This document shows, piece by piece, positions 17,131-24,326 of a stretch of 40,808 bases of DNA (the first letter of the stretch is position 1; each line of letters begins with the position of its first letter). The notes below the pieces were generated by a model that was given only the letters and a program-made list of their open reading frames with translations, did not search any database and was not told where the DNA came from. A program made the position numbers and the translations under genes. This DNA is from Pirellulales bacterium (GTDB taxonomy: Bacteria > Planctomycetota > Planctomycetia > Pirellulales > UBA1268), in the NCBI GenBank assembly GCA_044355515.1, contig JBIKXY010000002.1, positions 1 through 40,808 of the forward strand. Direction: 5' to 3'.

Positions 17131-17756
17131 TCACACGGGTTTCAGGCACGCTCGAACGGGTCGAGCCGACGGCGGTCGAGGTGGCCGTGGGGCCGATGGT
17201 GCACGAGGTGCTCGTCACCGAGCTCGTCCGCCGCAGCCTGCAGACGAAGATCGGCCAGCCGGTCGTGCTCCACACGCTCGAATACCTCGAGGGCAACCCA
17301 ACCCGGGGCAATCTCGTGCCCCGGCTGGTGGGCTTTCTTTCGGAGGTCGAGCGGGAGTTCTTCGAGCTGATCTGCGAGGTCGATGGCGTGGGTGTCCGCA
17401 AGGCGCTGCGGGCGATCGTGCGGCCAGTGGGCGAGATCGCCGCGGCGATCGAGGAGCAGGACGCCAAGAGCCTGTCGGGGTTGCCGGGCATCGGCGCGGC
17501 CACGGCCGAACGGATGATCGCCAAGCTCCGGCGGCGGATGCCGAAGTTCGCCCTGCTCGTGGCCCGCGAGGCCCCTGGCGAGGCGGGCGGCGCGGCCGAC
17601 GTGCTCTCCGAGACCTTCGATGTCTTGCGGTCGCTGGGCCACTCCGACCCCGAGGCCCGCCGGCTGGTGGACACGCTCCGGGGCGAGAAGAAGAAGCCCA
17701 AGGACGTGCAAGAAGCCCTCGAGGCCATCTACCGGCAGATGCACAAGCCGCGGTGA
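17127..17756 (+). CDS. ruvA: Holliday junction branch migration complex subunit RuvA
   Basis: MITRVSGTLERVEP...VEVAVGPMVHEVLV is the OB-fold start. The HhH region GVGVRKALRAIV...LPGIGAATAERMI follows. The product is 209 aa. Confidence 0.92.
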   Translation: MITRVSGTLERVEPTAVEVAVGPMVHEVLVTELVRRSLQTKIGQPVVLHTLEYLEGNPTRGNLVPRLVGFLSEVEREFFELICEVDGVGVRKALRAIVRPVGEIAAAIEEQDAKSLSGLPGIGAATAERMIAKLRRRMPKFALLVAREAPGEAGGAADVLSETFDVLRSLGHSDPEARRLVDTLRGEKKKPKDVQEALEAIYRQMHKPR

Positions 17757-17758
17757 CA

Positions 17759-17909
17759 GACGAGCCCGGGATCGGCGGCTGCTCGAGGAGCTTTTGGGAA
17801 TCGCCCCTCTGGATTTTCAAGCGCAGCCACCTTGGCCGAGCCACCCCACAGCCGGTCGCCGCGATTCCCACCGCGACAAGACAGCTGCCGTCCCGGGCGG
17901 TGCCAACCG
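17759..17909. repeat. 151-bp structured intergenic repeat, copy 1
   Basis: Identical to 17939..18089 except for one base (17878 A versus 18058 G). There is an internal inverted repeat: the outer arms CCCGGGATCGGCGGCTG (17765-17781) and CAGCTGCCGTCCCGGG (17882-17897), and a perfect 10-bp inner stem TGGGAATCGC (17795-17804) / GCGATTCCCA (17861-17870). Confidence 0.9.
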
Positions 17910-17938
17910 GCGGCCTCACGGACCCCAGCCGAACACCG

Positions 17939-18089
17939 GACGAGCCCGGGATCGGCGGCTGCTCGAGGAGCTTTTGGGAATCGCCCCTCTGGATTTTCAA
18001 GCGCAGCCACCTTGGCCGAGCCACCCCACAGCCGGTCGCCGCGATTCCCACCGCGACGAGACAGCTGCCGTCCCGGGCGGTGCCAACCG
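17939..18089. repeat. 151-bp structured intergenic repeat, copy 2
   Basis: A direct repeat of 17759..17909, offset by exactly 180 bp (29-bp spacer 17910-17938). Confidence 0.9.
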
Positions 18090-18130
18090 TTAGACTTCCC
18101 GAGTCAATCGAACCACGGAGCGATCGTCCG

Positions 18131-19147
18131 ATGGAATCCTTTCGCGAGCCGTCGATCCAGGGGCCGCCTGAGCCGCAGCCCGAGGACCGCGCCCTGCGGC
18201 CCCAGCGGATGGCCGAGATGATCGGCCAGCGGGCCGTCTACGAGCGGCTCGAGATCGCGATCGACGCCTCGCGGAAGCGGGGCGAGACGCTCGGCCACAT
18301 CCTGCTCGATGGCCCCCCGGGGCTGGGTAAGACCACCTTCGCCACCTGCATCCCCAACGAACTGGGCGTGAGCCTCCAGATCGCGAGCGGCGCGGCGCTC
18401 TCGGCCCCCAAGGACCTGCTGCCCTACCTCACCAACGCCGCCGAAGGCTCGGTGCTGTTCATCGACGAGATTCACCGGCTGCCGATCGCGGTCGAGGAGT
18501 TTCTCTATCCGGCGATGGAGGATTTCCGGATCGACATCACGCTCGGCGACGGCGTGGCGGCCCGCACGATCAACATGCCGCTCAGGCCCTTCACGCTCGT
18601 GGGGGCGACCACGCGGTCGGGCCTGCTCTCGGCCCCGCTCCGCGACCGGTTCGTGATCCGCGAGCACCTCGACTACTACTCGCCCGAGGAGCTGGCCGAG
18701 ATCGTGCATCGCTCGGCCGGCAAACTGCAGATGCCGATGGACGACGAGACGGCCTGGGAGATCGCCCGCCGCAGCCGGGGCACGCCCCGGCTGGCCAACA
18801 ATCGCCTGCGTTGGATCCGCGACTACTCAACCAGCCGCGCCGAGGGTCGGCTCGACGTGGACATCGCCCGCGTCGCCCTGGCGATGCAGGGCATCGACGA
18901 GCTCGGCCTCGACGGCTTCGATCGGCGCTATCTGGAGACGATCCAGCGGGTCTTCGCCGGCGGACCGGTGGGCATCGAGGCGATCGCCCACACGATGAGC
19001 TCCGCCCCCGACACGCTCGAGGATGACGTGGAGCCCTTCCTGCTACGGTGCGAGCTGGTGATCCGCACCCCCCGCGGCCGCAAGCTCACGCCCAAGGGCG
19101 ACGAGCACCTCGGCGGCACGCCCGCCGCCCGCGGCCGGTTGTTTTAG
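18131..19147 (+). CDS. ruvB: Holliday junction DNA helicase RuvB
   Basis: The start ATG 18131 (MESFREPS...) has GGAG about 10 nt upstream. The Walker A motif is LLDGPPGLGKTT, followed by VLFIDEIHRL and the remaining RuvB AAA+ blocks. The track ORF 17753..19147 adds 126 aa that are just the two repeats read in frame. Confidence 0.9.
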   Translation: MESFREPSIQGPPEPQPEDRALRPQRMAEMIGQRAVYERLEIAIDASRKRGETLGHILLDGPPGLGKTTFATCIPNELGVSLQIASGAALSAPKDLLPYLTNAAEGSVLFIDEIHRLPIAVEEFLYPAMEDFRIDITLGDGVAARTINMPLRPFTLVGATTRSGLLSAPLRDRFVIREHLDYYSPEELAEIVHRSAGKLQMPMDDETAWEIARRSRGTPRLANNRLRWIRDYSTSRAEGRLDVDIARVALAMQGIDELGLDGFDRRYLETIQRVFAGGPVGIEAIAHTMSSAPDTLEDDVEPFLLRCELVIRTPRGRKLTPKGDEHLGGTPAARGRLF

Positions 19148-19170
19148 GCCACGACCACCGGGGTGGGTCG

Positions 19171-19277
19171 CCGGGGGTGAAAGCCTCCGTCGCCTGGAAT
19201 ATTTCGCTTCCACGCCGCTTGCCGCTGCCACGTCAACGCTGCGAAATCTTCAGGGCTCCTCCGGCTTCCACCCCCGG
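19171..19277 (+). repeat. ~105-bp near-palindromic 3'-end element, copy A
   Basis: The left arm is CCGGGGGTGAAAGCCTCCGTCGC...GGAATATTTCGC. The right arm is GCGAAATCTTCAGGGCTCCTCCGGCTTCCACCCCCGG. The arms can pair with each other. Both are found again, as the reverse complement, at 37315..37419 with 23-24-nt exact blocks. This copy starts 24 nt after the ruvB stop. Confidence 0.85.
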
Positions 19278-19357
19278 CGGACTGCAGGGCGTTTCGGGCA
19301 CCCATTTGCCCGCGATCCCGTTGGACGCTACGATCCGGGCCTTCCCCGAGGTGCCCC

Positions 19358-19537
19358 ATGGCCGTTCCCAAGCGACGTCAGTCGAACCAAAAGACCCGCT
19401 CCCGGCGGGCCCACGATTTTCTCACGCCCCGGCAGCTGACCTTCTGCCCCACCTGCGGGAAGGCGGTGCCCACGCACCGGGTCTGCGAGACCTGCGGCCA
19501 CTACATGGGCCGCCCCGTGGTCAAGACCGAGGAGTAG
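19358..19537 (+). CDS. rpmF: 50S ribosomal protein L32
   Basis: Not in the ORF track (59 aa). Manual translation gives MAVPKRRQSNQKTRSRRAHDFLTPRQLTFCPTCGKAVPTHRVCETCGHYMGRPVVKTEE. This shows the canonical MAVPKRR start and a CxxC...CxxC zinc ribbon. The stop is TAG 19535-19537. Confidence 0.92.
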   Translation: MAVPKRRQSNQKTRSRRAHDFLTPRQLTFCPTCGKAVPTHRVCETCGHYMGRPVVKTEE

Positions 19538-19541
19538 CCCC

Positions 19542-20471
19542 TTGGGCGATTCCCCGGCAGGCTCCTCGCCCACCGCCGTGTTGTTCCCCGGCCAGGGCGC
19601 CCAGACGGTGGGCATGGCGGGCGACTGGGTCGAGGCCAGTCCGGCCGCCGCCGACTTGTTTCGGCGGGGCTCTGAGATCTTGGATTACGACCTGCTTGCG
19701 GTCTGCCGCCAGGGTCCGGCCGAGCGGCTCAACACCACGGCCGTCAGCCAGCCGGCGATTCTGGTGACGAGCCTCGCGGCCCTCGAGGTCCAGCGGGCCC
19801 GTGACCCATCGCCGCTCGAAGCCGCCACGCTCACGGCAGGGCTGTCGCTCGGCGAGTACACCGCGCTCGTGTTCGCCGGGGCGCTCGAGTTCGATGACGC
19901 CTTGCGGATCGTGGCCGAACGGGGGCGGGCGATGCAGGACTGTGCGGAGTCGGCGCCGAGCGGGATGGTGGCTGTATTGGGGATGGAGCGGGCGGCCGTC
20001 GTGGCCCTCTGCGACGCCTGCCGAGACGGCGGGATTCTCCAGGTGGCCAACGTGCTCTGCCCCGGCAACATCGTCGTCTCGGGCGACCGCGAGGCCTGCG
20101 GGCGGCTGGAGGAGGCGGCGGCCGCCGCCGGGGCGATGAAGTGCGTCCGGCTGGAGGTGGCCGGGGCCTTCCACACGCCGCTGATGCAGCCAGCGGTCGA
20201 GCGGCTCACCGCCGCCCTGGCCCGGGCCGAGTTTCGTCCGCCCCGGATTCCGGTGGTCAGCAACGTCGATGCCCGGCCCCACACCGATGCCGCCGAGATC
20301 CGCGGGCTTTTGGCGCGGCAGGTGGTCGGAGTTGTCGAGTGGCACGACTCCGTGGCATACATCCTCTCCACCGGCGTCCGCTCGGTGTGGGAAATCGGTC
20401 CCGGCCGCGTGCTCCGCGGCTTGATGAAGCGGATCGACCGGTCCGTCGCCACGAGCGGCGTGCTCGACTGA
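19542..20471 (+). CDS. fabD: malonyl-CoA:ACP transacylase
   Basis: AVLFPGQGAQTVGM, the active-site motif GLSLGEYTALVFAG, and the product length of 309 aa support the call. The TTG start lies 4 nt after the rpmF stop. Confidence 0.9.
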   Translation: MGDSPAGSSPTAVLFPGQGAQTVGMAGDWVEASPAAADLFRRGSEILDYDLLAVCRQGPAERLNTTAVSQPAILVTSLAALEVQRARDPSPLEAATLTAGLSLGEYTALVFAGALEFDDALRIVAERGRAMQDCAESAPSGMVAVLGMERAAVVALCDACRDGGILQVANVLCPGNIVVSGDREACGRLEEAAAAAGAMKCVRLEVAGAFHTPLMQPAVERLTAALARAEFRPPRIPVVSNVDARPHTDAAEIRGLLARQVVGVVEWHDSVAYILSTGVRSVWEIGPGRVLRGLMKRIDRSVATSGVLD

Positions 20472-20510
20472 CGGCGGCCACGAACGACATTTCTATCCGG
20501 AGGTTTTCTG

Positions 20511-21305
20511 ATGGCGGAAGCGGGGGACGCGAAGAAGAAGACGCAGCCGGAGGGGCGGATCAAGGTCGAACTGGCCGGGCAGGTGGCCCTCGTCACGGGC
20601 GCCTCGCAGGGACTGGGTCGGGCGATCGCCGAGGCCCTGGCCGCCAGCGGCGCCACCGTCGCGCTCGTGGCCCGTTCGGCCGACAAGCTGGCCGACGTGG
20701 CCGGCGGGATCGTGGCCGCCGGCGGCAAGGCCGAGGCGTTTCCCTGCGACGTGATGCAGGCCGAGGCCATCCAGCAGGTGGTCGATGCCGTGGTGGAGAA
20801 GTTCGGCCGGCTCGAGATCCTCGTCAACAACGCCGGCGTGACCCGCGACACCCTCCTGCCCCGGATGAGCGACGACGAGTGGGATACGGTGCTCACCACC
20901 AACCTCCGCGGGCCGTTCCTCTTCATGCGGGCCGCCAGCCGGCCGATGATGCAGCAGCGGTACGGCCGGATCGTGAACGTGGCGAGCGTCTCAGGGCTGA
21001 TCGGCAACCCTGGCCAGGCCAACTACTCGGCCTCGAAGGCGGGCCTCGTGGGGCTCACCAAGACCGTCGCCAAGGAACTGGCCGGCCGCAAGATCACGGT
21101 CAACGCCGTGGCCCCGGGCTTCATCGCCAGCGAGATGACGGCGGCCCTGGGCGACGTCCTGCTCGACGAGGTCAAGAAGCGGGTGCCCGCGAAGCGGCTC
21201 GGCGAGGCGACCGAGATCGCCGACGCCGTGCTCTTTCTGGCCTCGCCCTCGGCCGGCTACATCACCGCCCAGACGCTGGTCGTGGACGGCGGGCTGATCG
21301 GGTGA
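20511..21305 (+). CDS. fabG: 3-oxoacyl-ACP reductase
   Basis: The SDR motifs VALVTGASQGLGRAIA, NNAGV and YSASKAGLVGLTK (YxxxK) are present. GGAGG lies upstream of ATG 20511. Confidence 0.9.
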   Translation: MAEAGDAKKKTQPEGRIKVELAGQVALVTGASQGLGRAIAEALAASGATVALVARSADKLADVAGGIVAAGGKAEAFPCDVMQAEAIQQVVDAVVEKFGRLEILVNNAGVTRDTLLPRMSDDEWDTVLTTNLRGPFLFMRAASRPMMQQRYGRIVNVASVSGLIGNPGQANYSASKAGLVGLTKTVAKELAGRKITVNAVAPGFIASEMTAALGDVLLDEVKKRVPAKRLGEATEIADAVLFLASPSAGYITAQTLVVDGGLIG

Positions 21306-21625
21306 CGGCTGCGATGCCGCACGATTGAGTCCTCTGGTGAGAGTTCGGGATTGCCCGTGCCCCTGAGCCGGACGCTCCCCGCCGAAACGTTCGATGCTGA
21401 GGAGCCGGCCGGGGGCACGCGCAGGAACCGAGGCGCTTTGCGGAGCACGCAGTTGGCTACACCTGTAGAGTATGTACTCGCAAAGTCCGAAAGTTCCGAG
21501 CATGTCCCCGGCCGGCGAACCAATCCGGCCAGCTGTTCACGCGGGCTCGCGGTCTCCTGCCGACCGTCGGCAGAATGAGTCAGGTGCCCCCTTGCCCAGC
21601 CCTGTTCAGGCGGATTTTCACGGTC

Positions 21626-21655
21626 TGGACACGTTCGGGGCCGAACGGGTATATC
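21626..21655 (+). promoter_or_regulatory. candidate promoter for acpP-fabF
   Basis: TGGACA (21626-21631), 18 nt, TATATC (21650-21655), inside the 437-bp fabG-acpP gap. This is motif evidence only. Confidence 0.3.
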
Positions 21656-21742
21656 TTCGCAGTGAACACGGGCAAGCGGCGCAGTCTGGAGGCTGCCCGG
21701 GTCCGTGCATGATCGGCTCCGAGCCCGTGGAGGATTCGCAAG

Positions 21743-21997
21743 GTGGCATCAGTTCAAGATCGAGTGATCGAAATCGTGGCCTCGCAGCTCGGGGGCAACA
21801 AGGAGCAGATCACCCGGGAGACATCGTTCATCAATGACCTCGGCGCCGACTCGCTCGACACCGTCGAACTGGTGATGGAACTCGAGGAAGAGTTCGAGAT
21901 CAACATCCCCGACGATGCCGCCGAGAAGATCCAGACCGTCGGCCAGGCGATCGACTTCATCGAGAAGCAGCAGGCCTCCGGGTCTGCCGCCGGCTGA
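21743..21997 (+). CDS. acpP: acyl carrier protein
   Basis: The phosphopantetheine attachment motif [19 protein letters not shown] is present. The product is 84 aa, with a GTG start. Confidence 0.92.
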   Translation: MASVQDRVIEIVASQLGGNKEQITRETSFINDLGADSLDTVELVMELEEEFEINIPDDAAEKIQTVGQAIDFIEKQQASGSAAG

Positions 21998-22012
21998 GCG
22001 GCGGGAGACGCG

Positions 22013-23257
22013 ATGAAGCGACGGGCGGTGGTGACGGGCCTGGGAGTGGTCACGTCGCTGGGACGGGCCATCGAGACCTTCTGGGAGCGGATCGTCCGCG
22101 GTGACAGCGGCGTCGGCCCGATCGACCTGTTCGGGGTCGAGGGCTACCGCGTCCAGTTCGGCGGCCAGGTGCACTGGAACGGCGAGGCGGAGGAGATCGC
22201 GCCGCCCAAGGAGCTCAAGCGGCTCGACCGGTTCACGCAGTTCGCGCTGGCCTCGGCCAAGGACGCCGTGGCCGATTCCGGGCTCGACTTCTCGACAGAG
22301 GATCCCTTCCGCTGCGGCGTGGTGATCGGCTCGGGGATCGGCGGGCTGTGGGAGTTCGAAGTCCAGGAGGAGCGGCTGCTCCACAAGGGCATCGACAAGG
22401 TCTCGCCGTTCACGATCCCCAAGTTGATGGTCAACTCGGCCAGCGGCCACGTTTCGAGTCTGTACGGCATCAAGGGGCCGAACTTCGCGGTGGCCACGGC
22501 GTGCGCCAGCGCCGCCAACTCGATCGGCTCGGCCCTGCGGGCGATCCAATACGGCGACGCCGACGTGATGGTCACCGGCGGCAGCGAGGCGGCCCTCACG
22601 CCGATCGGCCTGGCCGGCTTCCAGAACATGCGGGCCCTCTCGTTCCGCTCCGACGCGCCCCAGGCCGCCAGCCGCCCCTTCGACGCCGACCGCGACGGGT
22701 TCGTCTTGGCCGAGGGGGCCGGGGTGATCGTGATCGAGGAACTGGAGCATGCCCGCCGCCGCGGGGCGCGGATCTACGCCGAGCTCAAGGGCTACGGAGC
22801 CAGCGGCGACGCCGGCCACATCACGCAGCCCGACGAGGAGGGCCGCGGCGCGGGCCAGGCGATGGCGGCGGCGCTGGCCGACGCGGGCCTGGGGGTGGAC
22901 GCCGTGGACTACATCAACGCCCACGGCACGAGCACCCCGCTGGGCGACAAGGCCGAGACCGCCGCGATCAAGCGGGTGTTCGGGCCGCAGGCCAGGCGGC
23001 TGGCCGTCTCCAGCACCAAGAGTCAGCTCGGCCACACGCTGGGGGCCAGCGGCGGCATCGAGGCCGTGGTCTGCTCGCTCACGATTCTCCGCGGCGTGAT
23101 CACACCCACGATCAACTACCACACGCCCGACCCGGCCTGCGACCTCGACTACACGCCCAACGTCGCCCGCGAGGCGAAGGTGGGCGTGGCGATGAGCAAC
23201 AGTTTCGGGTTCGGGGGCCACAACGCGAGCCTGGTGCTCGCCCGGCTCGATTCCTGA
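22013..23257 (+). CDS. fabF: beta-ketoacyl-ACP synthase II
   Basis: The start is MKRRAVVTGLGVVTSLG. The catalytic Cys lies in AVATACASAANS, the first His in INAHGTSTPLGD, and the Lys/His in STKSQLGHTLGASG, followed by NSFGFGGHNASLV. GGGAGA lies upstream of the ATG. Confidence 0.93.
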   Translation: MKRRAVVTGLGVVTSLGRAIETFWERIVRGDSGVGPIDLFGVEGYRVQFGGQVHWNGEAEEIAPPKELKRLDRFTQFALASAKDAVADSGLDFSTEDPFRCGVVIGSGIGGLWEFEVQEERLLHKGIDKVSPFTIPKLMVNSASGHVSSLYGIKGPNFAVATACASAANSIGSALRAIQYGDADVMVTGGSEAALTPIGLAGFQNMRALSFRSDAPQAASRPFDADRDGFVLAEGAGVIVIEELEHARRRGARIYAELKGYGASGDAGHITQPDEEGRGAGQAMAAALADAGLGVDAVDYINAHGTSTPLGDKAETAAIKRVFGPQARRLAVSSTKSQLGHTLGASGGIEAVVCSLTILRGVITPTINYHTPDPACDLDYTPNVAREAKVGVAMSNSFGFGGHNASLVLARLDS

Positions 23258-23290
23258 TTCGCCCGCCTCCCTCCCGGAGGGCCACCGACC

Positions 23291-24274
23291 ATGGACCGGT
23301 CGCGGCAGCACACCCTGGTGCTCGGCATGCTGCTCGCGGCATGCCCGCTGGGCTTCCGTCAGGTGCAGGGGCAGCTGCCTTCCGACGCAGGTCAGACCTG
23401 GAAGACCTACGACCTCGGGCCATTCGTGAGAGTCGCCGGCGAGGGAAGCGAGCGGCACGTGGTCGAGTGGATTCTCCAGGAGACGGGCTATCCAGCCTGG
23501 CACGGCACCGTCTCGGCCTCGCTCTCGGCCGGCGCTGGCAAGCTCTCCTGCTACCACACCCCAGAGATGCAGGACCACGTGGCGGAGATCGTGGAGCGGT
23601 TCGTGGCCGAGGCGGACGCGCCGCATCGGTTCACGGTGCGGGTATTCGGCGTCGATGGCCCGGGCTGGCGGGCCACCGCCCGGCCCGCGCTCCAGCCGAT
23701 TCCCACGGCCACGCCGGGCGTGCAGGCCTGGATCGTGCCCCGCGAGACGGCGGCGGCGGTGCTGGCCGGGCTGCGAGGCCGCAGCGACGTCGCCGAACTG
23801 CCCACCGGGCCGGTGCTCGCCGCCAACGGGCTGCCGGCGTCACTCAAGGGGGGGCGGCAGCAGGCCTACGTGGAGGACTACGCCCAGACGCCCAACGCCT
23901 GGCCGGGCTGGCAGCCCAAGCAAGCCACCTGCGACGAGGGACTGGCCGTCGATCTTCACCCGCTCGTTTCCCGCGACGGCACGGCGGTCGAGGCCGCGTT
24001 TCGCTGCCGCATCGACCAGATCGAGCGGATGGCGCCGGTCTCGCTGCCGACCCCTGCCGGGGGGCAGGCACTGGCCGCCCAGGTGCCGCAGGTGGCGGCG
24101 GTGCGGATCGGCGAGCGGTTCCGCTGGCCGGCATCGCACACGCTGGTGATCGGGCTCGGGTTGGTGCCGTGGCCGGTGCCCGCGCAGAATGGTGCGCTGG
24201 TGGCCCTGCTGCCCGGCGTCGCGCGGAGGGACGTAGTCGTGGTGGTGGAGCCGCGGCTGGCCAGCGGCCGCTGA
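23291..24274 (+). CDS. hypothetical secreted protein between two KAS genes
   Basis: ATG 23291 has GGAGGG upstream. The signal-like N-terminus is MDRSRQHTLVLGMLLAACPLGF, and G/C third-position bias is high. The gaps to fabF (33 bp) and to the downstream KAS paralogue (52 bp) are short. No firm family assignment. Confidence 0.65.
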   Translation: MDRSRQHTLVLGMLLAACPLGFRQVQGQLPSDAGQTWKTYDLGPFVRVAGEGSERHVVEWILQETGYPAWHGTVSASLSAGAGKLSCYHTPEMQDHVAEIVERFVAEADAPHRFTVRVFGVDGPGWRATARPALQPIPTATPGVQAWIVPRETAAAVLAGLRGRSDVAELPTGPVLAANGLPASLKGGRQQAYVEDYAQTPNAWPGWQPKQATCDEGLAVDLHPLVSRDGTAVEAAFRCRIDQIERMAPVSLPTPAGGQALAAQVPQVAAVRIGERFRWPASHTLVIGLGLVPWPVPAQNGALVALLPGVARRDVVVVVEPRLASGR

Positions 24275-24326
24275 TCGCGACTGGCCCGGCACCGGCCGGC
24301 CTGGGTAACAACCTGACGGAGATGGC

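Noticed and set aside
17759-18089. A possible CRISPR array, because of the direct repeats.
   Set aside because: There are only two copies, the unit is 151 bp (far too long), the spacer is 29 bp, and no cas genes are present. I treat it as a structured intergenic repeat.
21351-21578. A 75-aa ORF (and 21472..21837, and 21257..21523 on the minus strand) in the fabG-acpP spacer.
   Set aside because: Codon bias decays along the ORF, there is no RBS or recognisable motif, and the ORF overlaps candidate regulatory sequence. I left it as non-coding, though a small protein cannot be excluded.
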